Assembly: GCF_001598795.1 (NCBI RefSeq)
Contig: NZ_BCZP01000009.1
Location: forward strand, 210,001 to 242,000
DNA from: Delftia acidovorans NBRC 14950
Lineage (GTDB): Bacteria > Pseudomonadota > Gammaproteobacteria > Burkholderiales > Burkholderiaceae_C
Length of the DNA: 32,000 bases
Reading direction: 5' to 3'
Each line of letters begins with the position of its first letter. Position 1 is the first letter of the stretch. A program made the position numbers and the translations under genes. Below the pieces are notes generated by a model. It did not search any database. It was given only the letters and a program-made list of their open reading frames with translations, and was not told the origin of the DNA. Positions 11,601 through 19,755 of the stretch are shown here, in pieces.

Positions 11601-12779
11601 ATGTCCATTCAGCGCGCTCCCACCAGACAAAATACCGAGAGAGAATCCATGTCCCAAACAGATCGCGTCAAATGCCTGATCGTCGATGACATTGCCGAGA
11701 ATCTGATCGCCATCGAAGCGCTGCTGCAGCGCGACGGCATCGAGTTCCTCAAGGCGCATTCCGGCCCCGAGGCGCTGGAGCTTTTGCTCGACCATGGCGA
11801 TGTGGCGCTGGCCCTGCTGGACGTGCAGATGCCCGAGATGAACGGCTTCGAGCTGGCCGAACTGATACGCGGCAGCGAGCGCACGCGCCACATCCCGCTC
11901 ATCTTCATGACGGCCGGCTCGCGCGAGCACAACTGGCAATTCCGCGGCTATGAAAGCGGCGCCGTGGACTTTCTGTACAAGCCCATCGACCCGCACATGC
12001 TGACCACCAAGGCCAATGTGTTCTTCGAGCTGCACCAGCGCAAGCAGGCGCTGGCCCAGCAGCTGCAGGAGCGCACCGAGGCGCTGCGCATCAACGAGAT
12101 GTTCATGGCCGTGCTCAGCCACGACCTGCGCACGCCGCTGCAGTCCATCAAGGCGGCGGCCACCGTGCTCACGCGCCAGCCCGATCCCGGCAAGGTGGCC
12201 AACATGGCCGAGCGCATGCTCAGCAGCAGCCAGCGCATGTCGCGCATGATCGAGGATCTGCTGGACGTGACCCGCATCCGCCAGGCAGAAGGCCTGCCGC
12301 TGTCGCCCCAGCCGGCCAGCCTGCAGACGCTGCTGCAGCGCACGCTGCAGGAGGTGGAGACGGGCTTCCCGGAGCGGCGCCTGGAAAGCGAGATGCTGGG
12401 CAATCTGGAAGGCATCTGGGATGGAGAACGCCTGTGCCAGGTGCTGACCAACCTGCTGGGCAATGCCATGCACCACGGAGATCCCGCGCAGCCGGTGCAG
12501 GTGACGGCCGATGGCCGCCAGGACGATCGCGTGTCCATCACGGTGCGCAACGGCGGCACCATTCCCGCGGAACTGCTGCCCACGCTGTTCAACCCGTTTC
12601 GCGGTGGTGAACGCCGGCCCGGCCAGCACCAGGGACTGGGTCTGGGGCTGTTCATTGCGCACCAGATCGTGCGTTCGCACGGCGGGCGCATCGATGTGCG
12701 CTCCGCCGACGGAGTGACCAGCTTCAGGGTGGAATTGCCGCGCGAGGCGGCGGTGGGAGGCTCCAAGGCCGTGCTGTGA
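11601..12779 (+). CDS. Response-regulator receiver fused to histidine kinase (REC-HisKA-HATPase_c)
   Basis: GGGGAGG SD lies 6 nt before ATG 11601 (alternative Met at 11649). REC: KCLIVDDIAENL...LLDVQMPEMNGFEL...FLYKPID. H-box: MAVLSHDLRTPLQ. N/G boxes: NLLGNAMHHG and GLGLGLFIAHQIV. Confidence 0.9.
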   Translation: MSIQRAPTRQNTERESMSQTDRVKCLIVDDIAENLIAIEALLQRDGIEFLKAHSGPEALELLLDHGDVALALLDVQMPEMNGFELAELIRGSERTRHIPLIFMTAGSREHNWQFRGYESGAVDFLYKPIDPHMLTTKANVFFELHQRKQALAQQLQERTEALRINEMFMAVLSHDLRTPLQSIKAAATVLTRQPDPGKVANMAERMLSSSQRMSRMIEDLLDVTRIRQAEGLPLSPQPASLQTLLQRTLQEVETGFPERRLESEMLGNLEGIWDGERLCQVLTNLLGNAMHHGDPAQPVQVTADGRQDDRVSITVRNGGTIPAELLPTLFNPFRGGERRPGQHQGLGLGLFIAHQIVRSHGGRIDVRSADGVTSFRVELPREAAVGGSKAVL

Positions 12780-12814
12780 CGGCGGGAGCCGGGGGGCGCG
12801 AAAGCGCGAACGCT

Positions 12815-13183
12815 TCAGTGGGCGGGGTTGCCGAGCGCTTCCTGGATGGAGTCCAGCAGCGTCTCCAGGTCCTCGATCTCGAAGGGCTTGAGCAGGGTCC
12901 GCACATGGGAGCCCCAGGCCGTGGGGTAGGGTCCCAGGTCGTAGCCGGAGCACAGGATGATCCAGCGCTGGGCATCGGCCTCCAGCAGCTGCCGCGCCAG
13001 GTCGGTGCCTGACAGACCGGGCAGGCTGACATCGGAAACCACCACGTCGAAAGGCTGGGCCGCATCCAGTTCCAGGGCCTGCTCGGCGGTGGCGCAACTG
13101 GTCACGAAGCGTGATTCGCTCTCCATCAGCAGGCCAATGGTTTCGCGCAGGTCGGCATTGTCTTCAACGTACAGGATTCGCAT
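12815..13183 (-). CDS. Single-domain CheY-like response regulator
   Basis: MRILYVEDNADLRETI..., acceptor VVVSDVSLPGLSG, ILCSGY, and conserved Lys in LLKPF. 122 aa with no output domain. Convergent with the REC-kinase gene across a 35-nt gap. Confidence 0.9.
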   Translation of the reverse strand: MRILYVEDNADLRETIGLLMESESRFVTSCATAEQALELDAAQPFDVVVSDVSLPGLSGTDLARQLLEADAQRWIILCSGYDLGPYPTAWGSHVRTLLKPFEIEDLETLLDSIQEALGNPAH

Positions 13184-13368
13184 ATCTCTTTGTTGCAGTG
13201 CATCATGCTGCTATCAAAAAGGCAGCATTGACGAGGGCTGATCATCCACACCCTCGGGCGGCCATCGCGTAGGACAGCATGCAAACTTTTCTGCCGCCGC
13301 CTGCATGGAGGCCGAGGCTATGGATTGTGCAATACAACGAAGAACGCCAGAACAAGGCTTGCGCGCGT

Positions 13369-14184
13369 TCAGCGGGTGGAGGCCTGCGGCGGGTCCAGAA
13401 CATGCTTTTGAACGGGCAGGAATTCATCCGCCTGCCGTGAATAGTCCCAGCGCGTGAGCTCTCGGCGCCAGGCCGGGCCCTGTCCAGCCCAGTCCTCCTG
13501 CTGCTCCAGCGTGAACAGGCTGTTGGGCGCATGCGCGCGCAGCCGCAGCGATACCGCAGTGCCCGCCTGCGCCGCCCACAGTCCCGGCAGCGGCTGGACC
13601 AGGCCGGGGTCATGTCCATGGCCTGACAGCACCAACTGCGCTCCGGCGTCGCGCCAGGCCGCCAGGGCCGTTGCCGCGCGGTGCGGGCGGTGGCTGCGGT
13701 CCTGCGCATGGGCGGCGGCCAGCGGGTGGTGGCTGACCACAATGCGCCAGTCGCCGGGGCTGGCCTGCGCCAGCCTTTGGGCCACTTGCCGGATCTGGCT
13801 GGCCGACAGGCTGCCGCGCTGGTGGCGCCACCAGCGCGTGGTGTCCACGCCAATCACGCAAAAGCCCTGCTCTGCGCACCAGGGCTGCAGTTCGGCACTG
13901 ATCCAGCGGGCGTAGCGATCATGGGCATGGCCGCCCAGCCGCTCCCACCAGGCAAGCAACGGCAGATCGTGGTTGCCCGGCACAACCAGGCGGCGCGGTA
14001 CGGGAAGGGCATCGAGAAACTCGCGCGCCTGGGCAAACTGTGCGGCCGTGGCACGCTGGGTCAGGTCGCCGGAGACCACCAGCAGCGCCACGGGCAGACG
14101 TGCGGCCAGTCTTGCCGCGGCGGCGCACACGGCCGGATCGTGGGCGCCGAAATGCAGGTCCGACATATGCATGAGCAAAGCCAT
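13369..14184 (-). CDS. Calcineurin-like metallophosphoesterase
   Basis: Internal Met of track ORF 13369..14292 (MALLMHMSDLHFG). All metallophosphoesterase motifs are present in order: DLHFG, SGDLTQ, GNHD, VVSHHP, SGHGHD. Confidence 0.85.
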   Translation of the reverse strand: MALLMHMSDLHFGAHDPAVCAAAARLAARLPVALLVVSGDLTQRATAAQFAQAREFLDALPVPRRLVVPGNHDLPLLAWWERLGGHAHDRYARWISAELQPWCAEQGFCVIGVDTTRWWRHQRGSLSASQIRQVAQRLAQASPGDWRIVVSHHPLAAAHAQDRSHRPHRAATALAAWRDAGAQLVLSGHGHDPGLVQPLPGLWAAQAGTAVSLRLRAHAPNSLFTLEQQEDWAGQGPAWRRELTRWDYSRQADEFLPVQKHVLDPPQASTR

Positions 14185-14207
14185 GGGCGTTCCTTGTCCC
14201 TTGATGA

Positions 14208-15215
14208 TCAGGAGGAGGGCCCGGCCTCGCCCGGCACGATCAGCCACAGCGGCTTCTCGCCCAGGCGAAAACGAATGGGCGGGGCCATCCATTCGCGCTC
14301 GCCATCAAAGGCCACCTTCAGGCGCCGCGGGCGCCGACCTGCGGGCTCTGCCACCAGCTCGGTGCAGGCCAGGCTGGCCACCGCATCGTCCTGCGCCAGC
14401 CGTCCCAAGACGGCATTCCAGACCACGCGCGCCGGGGCCTCGCTGGCCTGTGGCAGCAGCAGCACGGCGGCCAGGTGCTGGCCGTCGGCCACGGCGCGGG
14501 CTTCGGCAATGCCCACGCGCTCCAGCTGCATCGGGTTGTTGCCTACGAACAGTGTGCTGGCCAGGTGTTCCTGCTGCTGCAGCGGCGCCTGGCGGTCGGA
14601 GCGCAGGGCGATGCGCCAGCGGCGCGCGCTGCCACCGCGAAGAATGCTCCAGATGGAGGCCGCAATGGCCACCAGCCGCGTGCGGCCAAAGCGTGTGGAC
14701 GCGCGTTCGCGTTCGTCCAGCAGGCGCGGGTACAGGCCCAGGCTGGCGTTCACCAGAAACAGCCGTTCGTTGACCAGGCCCACGTTCACGGGCCGCATCT
14801 GGCCGGCCTGCAATGCCTGAAGAATGTCCTGCACGGCCTGGGCAGGCTCCAGCGACAGCGCCTGCTCGCGGGCGAAGTAGTTGAAGGTGCCCAGCGGAAC
14901 CACGCCCATGGGCACGCCCCGCGCCCAGGCTGCGGCGGCCACCGCATTGATGGTGCCGTCACCGCCGGCGGCCACGACCAGGCCGCCATCCTGGCTGGCC
15001 CTGTCCACGGCGCGGGCGGCCAGGTGCACGATGTCGGCGCGTGCGCCAGGCACATGCCACTGAACGCTGCGCTGCTGCAGCGCGGGCACGCTGGTGAGGC
15101 GGGCGCGCAGCTGTTCCAGGTCGGCGCCTGGGCGCAGAGGCACGATCAGGTGGATGGGGCCGGCGGGGTCCAGACGGGGCGGGGGCGGCTGGCTCTCGGA
15201 ATAGGTGGGCGTCAT
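14208..15215 (-). CDS. Diacylglycerol-kinase-family lipid kinase (YegS/DAGK_cat-like)
   Basis: VVAAGGDGTINAV and PMGVVPLGTFNYFARE are hallmark DAGK catalytic-domain motifs. The gene ends 23 nt upstream of the metallophosphoesterase start on the same strand. Confidence 0.88.
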   Translation of the reverse strand: MTPTYSESQPPPPRLDPAGPIHLIVPLRPGADLEQLRARLTSVPALQQRSVQWHVPGARADIVHLAARAVDRASQDGGLVVAAGGDGTINAVAAAAWARGVPMGVVPLGTFNYFAREQALSLEPAQAVQDILQALQAGQMRPVNVGLVNERLFLVNASLGLYPRLLDERERASTRFGRTRLVAIAASIWSILRGGSARRWRIALRSDRQAPLQQQEHLASTLFVGNNPMQLERVGIAEARAVADGQHLAAVLLLPQASEAPARVVWNAVLGRLAQDDAVASLACTELVAEPAGRRPRRLKVAFDGEREWMAPPIRFRLGEKPLWLIVPGEAGPSS

Positions 15216-15372
15216 GGAAGGCGGGAGGCTGGAACAGGCGCCGATTGTTTCGTGGATTGCACCTGCATGTGCACCGGATCATGCAAGCGGCACACGTCAG
15301 CCAAAGCCGACAGGCAGGGCACCACAAGGCAGCAGTGGATCACCAGCGACTCCCTGGTGGCCCACTGGTGGC

Positions 15373-17943
15373 TCACTCGGGCCAGGGAGAGCGGTACTCC
15401 AGCATCTGCGCCAGCGGCACGGGCCGCTCGAACAGATAGCCCTGTGCATGCTCGCAGCCCAGGGCATGCAGCAGCCTGGCCTGGGCCTGCTCCTCCACGC
15501 CTTCGGCCACGACCTTGACGCCAAAGCCCTGGGCGATGCGCAGCACGGCGGTCACGATGGACTTGTCGGATTCGGACTCCGGCAACTGGCCGACGAAGCT
15601 CTGGTCGATCTTGATGCAGTCAAAGCGCAGGCGGCTGAGATAGGCCAGGGAGGAGTAGCCGGTGCCGAAGTCGTCAATGGCGATCTTCACGCCCAGCGCG
15701 CGGATGGCGGCAATGCGCTGCAGCGTGGCGTCGCTGTCGTCCAGCAGCATGGACTCCGTCAGCTCCAGGGTCAGCAACCGGGCGGGCAGGCCGCTGGTGG
15801 CCAGTGCCTGCTCCAGCGTGGAGGCGAAGTCGGACTGGATGAGCTCGCGTGCCGACATGTTGACGTGCAGCTCGAAGTCAGCAGGCAGCCGGGGCAGGTG
15901 GGAGGCGATGTCGTGCGCCGCCGTGCGCAGCACCCATTCGCCCACGCTCAGGATCAGGTCCGACTCCTCGGCCACCGGAATGAAGACGCCGGGAGGCACC
16001 ATGCCGCGCGTCGGGCTGTTCCAGCGCACCAGGGCCTCGGCGCCGACCATGCTGCCTGTGGCCAGGTCCACCACGGGCTGGTAGAACACGCGCAGCTCGT
16101 TGCGCTCCACCGCCTGGCGCAGCTCCATGGCCAGCTGCGTGCGGCCCAGCATTTTCTGCGCCAGGCTGGGCTCGAACAGCAGGAAGGGGTGCGAGCCGCG
16201 CTGCGCCTCACCCAGCGCAATGCTGGCGTTGCGCAGCCACTCGGGCAGCGCGCCCGGCAGCAGCTCGCCGCTGACGGCGCCCGCGCAGGCGCGCAGCACG
16301 ATGTCGTCCTTGCCCACGGAAAATGGCTGGTCGAAGATTTCCAGCAGGTGGCGGCATTTGTCCTGCATCTGCTGCGGCGTGCAGTCATGCAGCCACAGCA
16401 TGGCGAACTCGTTGCTGGCCGTGCGCGCCAGCAGGGCAGGAAACTGCAGATGGTGGTTACGCAGCCGCTCGGCCACGGCCCGCAGCAACTGCTCGCCCGT
16501 GCCGTGGCCCACATCGTCGCGGACGCTGCGGAAATTCTGCAGCTCCAGCAGGCACAGCGCGGCAGGGCAGGGCGTGTTGGCGGCTGCAGCCGCATCGGCC
16601 TGCTCGATCAGGCCGGCGCGCGTGAGCAGCTGCGTCAGGCTGTCGTACTGCAGCAGGGTGCGCATGTGCTCGAACGATTCCTGCAGCCGCTGCGCCATGT
16701 TGTGGAAGGCCGAAACCAGGGACGATGTCTCGACCAGGGACGTATCCGGCAGCGCCCCTACCGCGCTCCAGTCGCCCTTGGCCAGGCGGTTGGCCGCATC
16801 GGCCGTCACCGCCAGGGGGCGCAGCGCCCGGCGCAGGCACCACACGCCCAGCCCCAGTCCCAGCAAGGCCAGGCCGAAAGCGAGGACCAGCGCATGGCGG
16901 CTGTCCGCCCGCATGCTGCTGACCAGATCGGATTCGGGCTGCAGCACCAGGATCCGCCAGTCGATGCCGCGTACATCGTGGAATGCGGTGACCTGGCCGT
17001 GGTAGATCTGCCCCTGTTCCTTGAAGCTCAGGTTGATGGTGTTCTGGGGGGCCGCTGGCGCCGATGGATCCGCGCTCAGATGCGCAGGCAGCAGGGCGGC
17101 CAGGCTGCGCAGCGCAAGATCGGGGCTTTCAGACAGCCGCAGGCGCACGGGTGGGTCATAGGGGCCTTCGCGCCGCTTCAGCACCGACAGCTCGGACGAG
17201 TGCGCCACCATGTAGCCCTGTGCGTCGACCACGGCGATATGGCCGTTGCCACGCAAGGGCTCGTCGCGCAGAAAGCGGTTCATGCTGCTCAGCCGCACAT
17301 CGGCGGCCACCACGCCGGCCAGCTGGCCGGACACCCGCACTGAAGTGGATGCGGAAATCGTGGTATCGCCCCGGTCGCCAGTCACCGTGTAGATGGGCGA
17401 CCAGTGCGGGCCGTCTTTGTGGATGGCAGGCTGGTACCAGGGGCGCACGCGGGGGTCGTAGCCTGCAAGGCTGGACATGGGCGGGCCGGGCTCCAGCCCC
17501 TCGAAGATCTGCAGGGCCCCCTGGGTGCTGCGGTCCTGAAGAATCAGGCGGTAGCGGCCATCGGGCTCCAGCCGCACCCCCGTGTATTCACCTTGTACGC
17601 CGCCAAAGCTCAACAGGCTGATCTGGTGGTGCTGGGCGTACAGCTCGGTGAATGAGCGTGTCAGATAGCCATAGATGGGGCGCAGGTCGCCGGGGGTGTA
17701 GAGCGCCTGCCGGGCCACGGTCTCGGCCAGGGCCTGCTGCACGCGCAGCGGGGTCTCCAGGTAATCGGCCAATTGGTGGCGCGTGGTGGTGGACAGGGAG
17801 TCGAGCAGCCGCAGGCTTTCGCGGTTGATGAGTTGGTCCACCTGGCGCTGCTGCCATGCCGCCAATAGCCCGGCCGTGACCACGAACACCGCTATGAAGG
17901 GGGCTGTGACTGCCGTGCGAAGTGAGAGCCTGAAGGCGGGCAT
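15373..17943 (-). CDS. c-di-GMP phosphodiesterase-type signalling protein: TM - dCache - TM - HAMP - degenerate GGDEF - EAL
   Basis: Start placed at MPAFRLSLRTAVTAPFIAVFVVTAGLLA (internal Met of track ORF 15373..18144). Cache hallmark is YDPRVRPWY. The GGDEF site reads TASNEF (16405-16422). EAL-domain motifs are intact: YQPVV, GAEALVRW, ELTES, DDFGTGYSSL, KIDQSFV, AEGVE. Confidence 0.9.
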   Translation of the reverse strand: MPAFRLSLRTAVTAPFIAVFVVTAGLLAAWQQRQVDQLINRESLRLLDSLSTTTRHQLADYLETPLRVQQALAETVARQALYTPGDLRPIYGYLTRSFTELYAQHHQISLLSFGGVQGEYTGVRLEPDGRYRLILQDRSTQGALQIFEGLEPGPPMSSLAGYDPRVRPWYQPAIHKDGPHWSPIYTVTGDRGDTTISASTSVRVSGQLAGVVAADVRLSSMNRFLRDEPLRGNGHIAVVDAQGYMVAHSSELSVLKRREGPYDPPVRLRLSESPDLALRSLAALLPAHLSADPSAPAAPQNTINLSFKEQGQIYHGQVTAFHDVRGIDWRILVLQPESDLVSSMRADSRHALVLAFGLALLGLGLGVWCLRRALRPLAVTADAANRLAKGDWSAVGALPDTSLVETSSLVSAFHNMAQRLQESFEHMRTLLQYDSLTQLLTRAGLIEQADAAAAANTPCPAALCLLELQNFRSVRDDVGHGTGEQLLRAVAERLRNHHLQFPALLARTASNEFAMLWLHDCTPQQMQDKCRHLLEIFDQPFSVGKDDIVLRACAGAVSGELLPGALPEWLRNASIALGEAQRGSHPFLLFEPSLAQKMLGRTQLAMELRQAVERNELRVFYQPVVDLATGSMVGAEALVRWNSPTRGMVPPGVFIPVAEESDLILSVGEWVLRTAAHDIASHLPRLPADFELHVNMSARELIQSDFASTLEQALATSGLPARLLTLELTESMLLDDSDATLQRIAAIRALGVKIAIDDFGTGYSSLAYLSRLRFDCIKIDQSFVGQLPESESDKSIVTAVLRIAQGFGVKVVAEGVEEQAQARLLHALGCEHAQGYLFERPVPLAQMLEYRSPWPE

Positions 17944-18187
17944 GCAGAGGTTTCCGTAGCGTGCGCCGGGCAGCCAAGGGCCGGATCTGCCTGCGACAGC
18001 GGCCATTGTGCAGTGCCTTCGCAGCCCTGCGCCGCCGCCGCAGCAGTCCGCGCCTGGGCGCTCCTGTGGTTGATAGGAAAATTTGTTGATAAATGGTTTT
18101 CGGTAGAAAAAATGAATTCTTGATGGCGATTTGCCAGAACGCAAAGGCGGGCCGTGGCCTGCGCAAAGCCAGCCATTGCGCCACTCG

Positions 18188-18244
18188 GTTTACATATCCG
18201 TTTACAAATTGATCGCCATTACATGTAGACATCACATGTAATGG
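18188..18244. promoter_or_regulatory. Repeat array upstream of the psp-like operon: two GTTTACA direct repeats plus an 11-bp perfect inverted repeat
   Basis: GTTTACA occurs at 18188-18194 and 18200-18206. CCATTACATGT (18216-18226) / ACATGTAATGG (18234-18244) are separated by 7 nt and end 16 nt before ATG 18261. The TTACA core recurs four times (three direct, one inverted). Confidence 0.4.
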
Positions 18245-18446
18245 CCGCTATGGTATCCGCATGGAACAAAAGACATCAGCCCATTACCAGCGCCTGCACC
18301 GGCAACGGCTGCGCGAACAGGGGCTGGTGAAAAAGGAGGTCTGGATTCTTCCAGAGTACGGCGCGGCATTGCAGCAATTGGAAAAGCAAATGCGCGTGCC
18401 GGGATTGCAACCGGAATCAATGGTTCTCATCCACAAGGAGGGCGGC

Positions 18447-18929
18447 ATGGACAACAGCAGACAGGCATATCGGGATATTCACGCCTTGGCGGGCGATCTG
18501 CAGCAATCGGCACTGGTGCAGGGCGGCCGGCTCCATATCGAGGTGCTGGAAGGCGCAGACGCAAGTTTGCTGGTCAGCCTGCCCGAATTCGGCGATCTGC
18601 CGGTGCATGTGGCGCTCTCGGGCGACCAATTGGTGGTGGAGGCCTTTCTGTGGCCCGCCGACCAGGTGCACGACCGCGCCGGTCTCAACGAGCAGATGCT
18701 GCGCCTGCAAAAACTGTTTCCCTTCACCACGATGGCGCTGGAACCCCAGGCCCACGGCGGCGAGGGCTACGTGATGTTCGCCGCCCTGCATGCCAGCAGC
18801 AGCGAGGGCGACATCATTGCCGAGATCCTGACCCTGGCCGACAGCGTCATCCAGGCCACCGAGGCACTGGCCCACTACCTGACGCCGGTGCCCGCCCCCA
18901 CATCCGCATCCGCCCCCGCGCAGGCCTGA
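18447..18929 (+). CDS. YjfI/DUF2170-family protein (CesT/Tir-chaperone-like fold reported for this family)
   Basis: Strong SD AAGGAGG (18435-18441) lies 5 nt before ATG 18447. FGDLPVHVALSGDQLVVEAFLWPADQV...GYVMFAALHASSSEGDIIAEILTLADSVIQATEAL runs parallel to E. coli YjfI as I recall it (YGDLQINILFTSRQMIIETFICPVS...YYIVFGALSLKSSLEDILLEITSLVDNALDLAEI). The frame stays open upstream to ATG 18261 (222 aa), so the start is ambiguous. Confidence 0.78.
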   Translation: MDNSRQAYRDIHALAGDLQQSALVQGGRLHIEVLEGADASLLVSLPEFGDLPVHVALSGDQLVVEAFLWPADQVHDRAGLNEQMLRLQKLFPFTTMALEPQAHGGEGYVMFAALHASSSEGDIIAEILTLADSVIQATEALAHYLTPVPAPTSASAPAQA

Positions 18930-18970
18930 CGCCCCGCCCGTTGAAGACACTGAGCCCCTAGGAGATCATC

Positions 18971-19681
18971 ATGACCATCTGGAACAAGCTGGTGACAGCG
19001 TTGCGCGGCGCCGCCCACGAGGCCGGCGAGGCGGTGACCGACAGCCAGGCCCTGCGCATCCTGGACCAGGAAATCCGCGATGCCGACAGCGACCTGAACA
19101 AGTCCAAGGAAGCGCTGGCCGACATCATGGCCAAGCAAAAGCTGGCGGCCGGCAAGCTCAAGCAGACCCAGGAACGCATTGCCGAGTACGAGGGCTATGC
19201 CGTCAAGGCGCTGGACACCAGCGACGAGGCGCTGGCGCTGGAAGTGGCCGGCAAGGTCTCCGTGCTGGAGACCCAGCGCGACGAGGAGCAATCCCAGCTG
19301 GACGCCTACACGCAAAGCGTGGAGCAGCTGCGCGTGGCCATACAGACGGCGCAAACGCATATCAAGCGCCTCAAGCAGCAGGCCGACACGGTCAAGGCCA
19401 CGGAAAGCGTGCAGCGCGCCCAGGCCACGGTGGCCGGCCGCTACGCAGGCTCGCAGACGCGCGTGCAAAGCGCGCTGGATTCTCTGGAGCGCATCAAGCA
19501 AAAGCAGGCCGAGCGCGGTGCGCGCATGGAAAGCGCGGCCGAGCTGGCGCGCGACAGCAGCGAAGACGCGCTGGATGCCAAGCTGCGCGCTGCCGGCATC
19601 ACGCCCCAGGCGGGCAATGCGCAATCGGTGCTGGAACGCCTGAAGGCGCAGCGCGCCGCAACTGGCGGAAAAAACGCTTGA
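18971..19681 (+). CDS. PspA/IM30-family protein (YjfJ-like; ESCRT-III superfamily)
   Basis: AGGAG SD lies 7 nt upstream. The protein is all-helical and 236 aa. ILDQEIRDADSDLNKSKEAL, TVKATESVQRAQATV, LERIKQKQAERGARMESAAEL and KLRAAGI...VLERLKAQR closely parallel E. coli YjfJ as remembered (MLEQHIRDAKAELDKAGKS, VVKATEAMQRAQQAV, LKRLQTRQAERQARLDAAAQL, KLAEAGI...VLARLQRQ). Confidence 0.92.
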   Translation: MTIWNKLVTALRGAAHEAGEAVTDSQALRILDQEIRDADSDLNKSKEALADIMAKQKLAAGKLKQTQERIAEYEGYAVKALDTSDEALALEVAGKVSVLETQRDEEQSQLDAYTQSVEQLRVAIQTAQTHIKRLKQQADTVKATESVQRAQATVAGRYAGSQTRVQSALDSLERIKQKQAERGARMESAAELARDSSEDALDAKLRAAGITPQAGNAQSVLERLKAQRAATGGKNA

Positions 19682-19755
19682 TGCGCGGCCGTTGTCCAGG
19701 CAGGCACTGCCAGGCCTGCCGCCTCGGCTGCCGGATTTGAGGGGAGGGGAGAAAC

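Noticed and set aside
10962-13097. 711-aa minus-strand ORF spanning cheB-like, the REC-kinase, and part of the response-regulator gene
   Set aside because: It overlaps three well-supported genes on both strands in other frames. Its composition is Arg/Gly/Ala/Pro/His-rich with no motifs.
13242-14820. Various 150-380-aa ORFs (for example 13681..14820 + and 13242..13853 -) over the phosphoesterase and lipid-kinase genes
   Set aside because: These are alternative frames of genes carrying complete catalytic motif sets. They are Arg/Ala/Gly/Pro-rich artefacts.
15205-17343. 712-aa plus-strand ORF opposite the dCache-GGDEF-EAL gene
   Set aside because: It is antisense to a protein with Cache, HAMP and EAL hallmarks. 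The translation is Gln/Gly/Ala/His/Arg-rich and motif-free.
18040-18260. Possible sigma-54 (-24 TGGCAC / -12 TTGC) promoter upstream of the PspA-like operon, by analogy with E. coli psp
   Set aside because: The closest candidate, TGGCGATTTGCC, has the GG and GC elements only 8 nt apart instead of the 12 nt spacing in the consensus as I index it. No PspF-like enhancer-binding protein is encoded in the window either.
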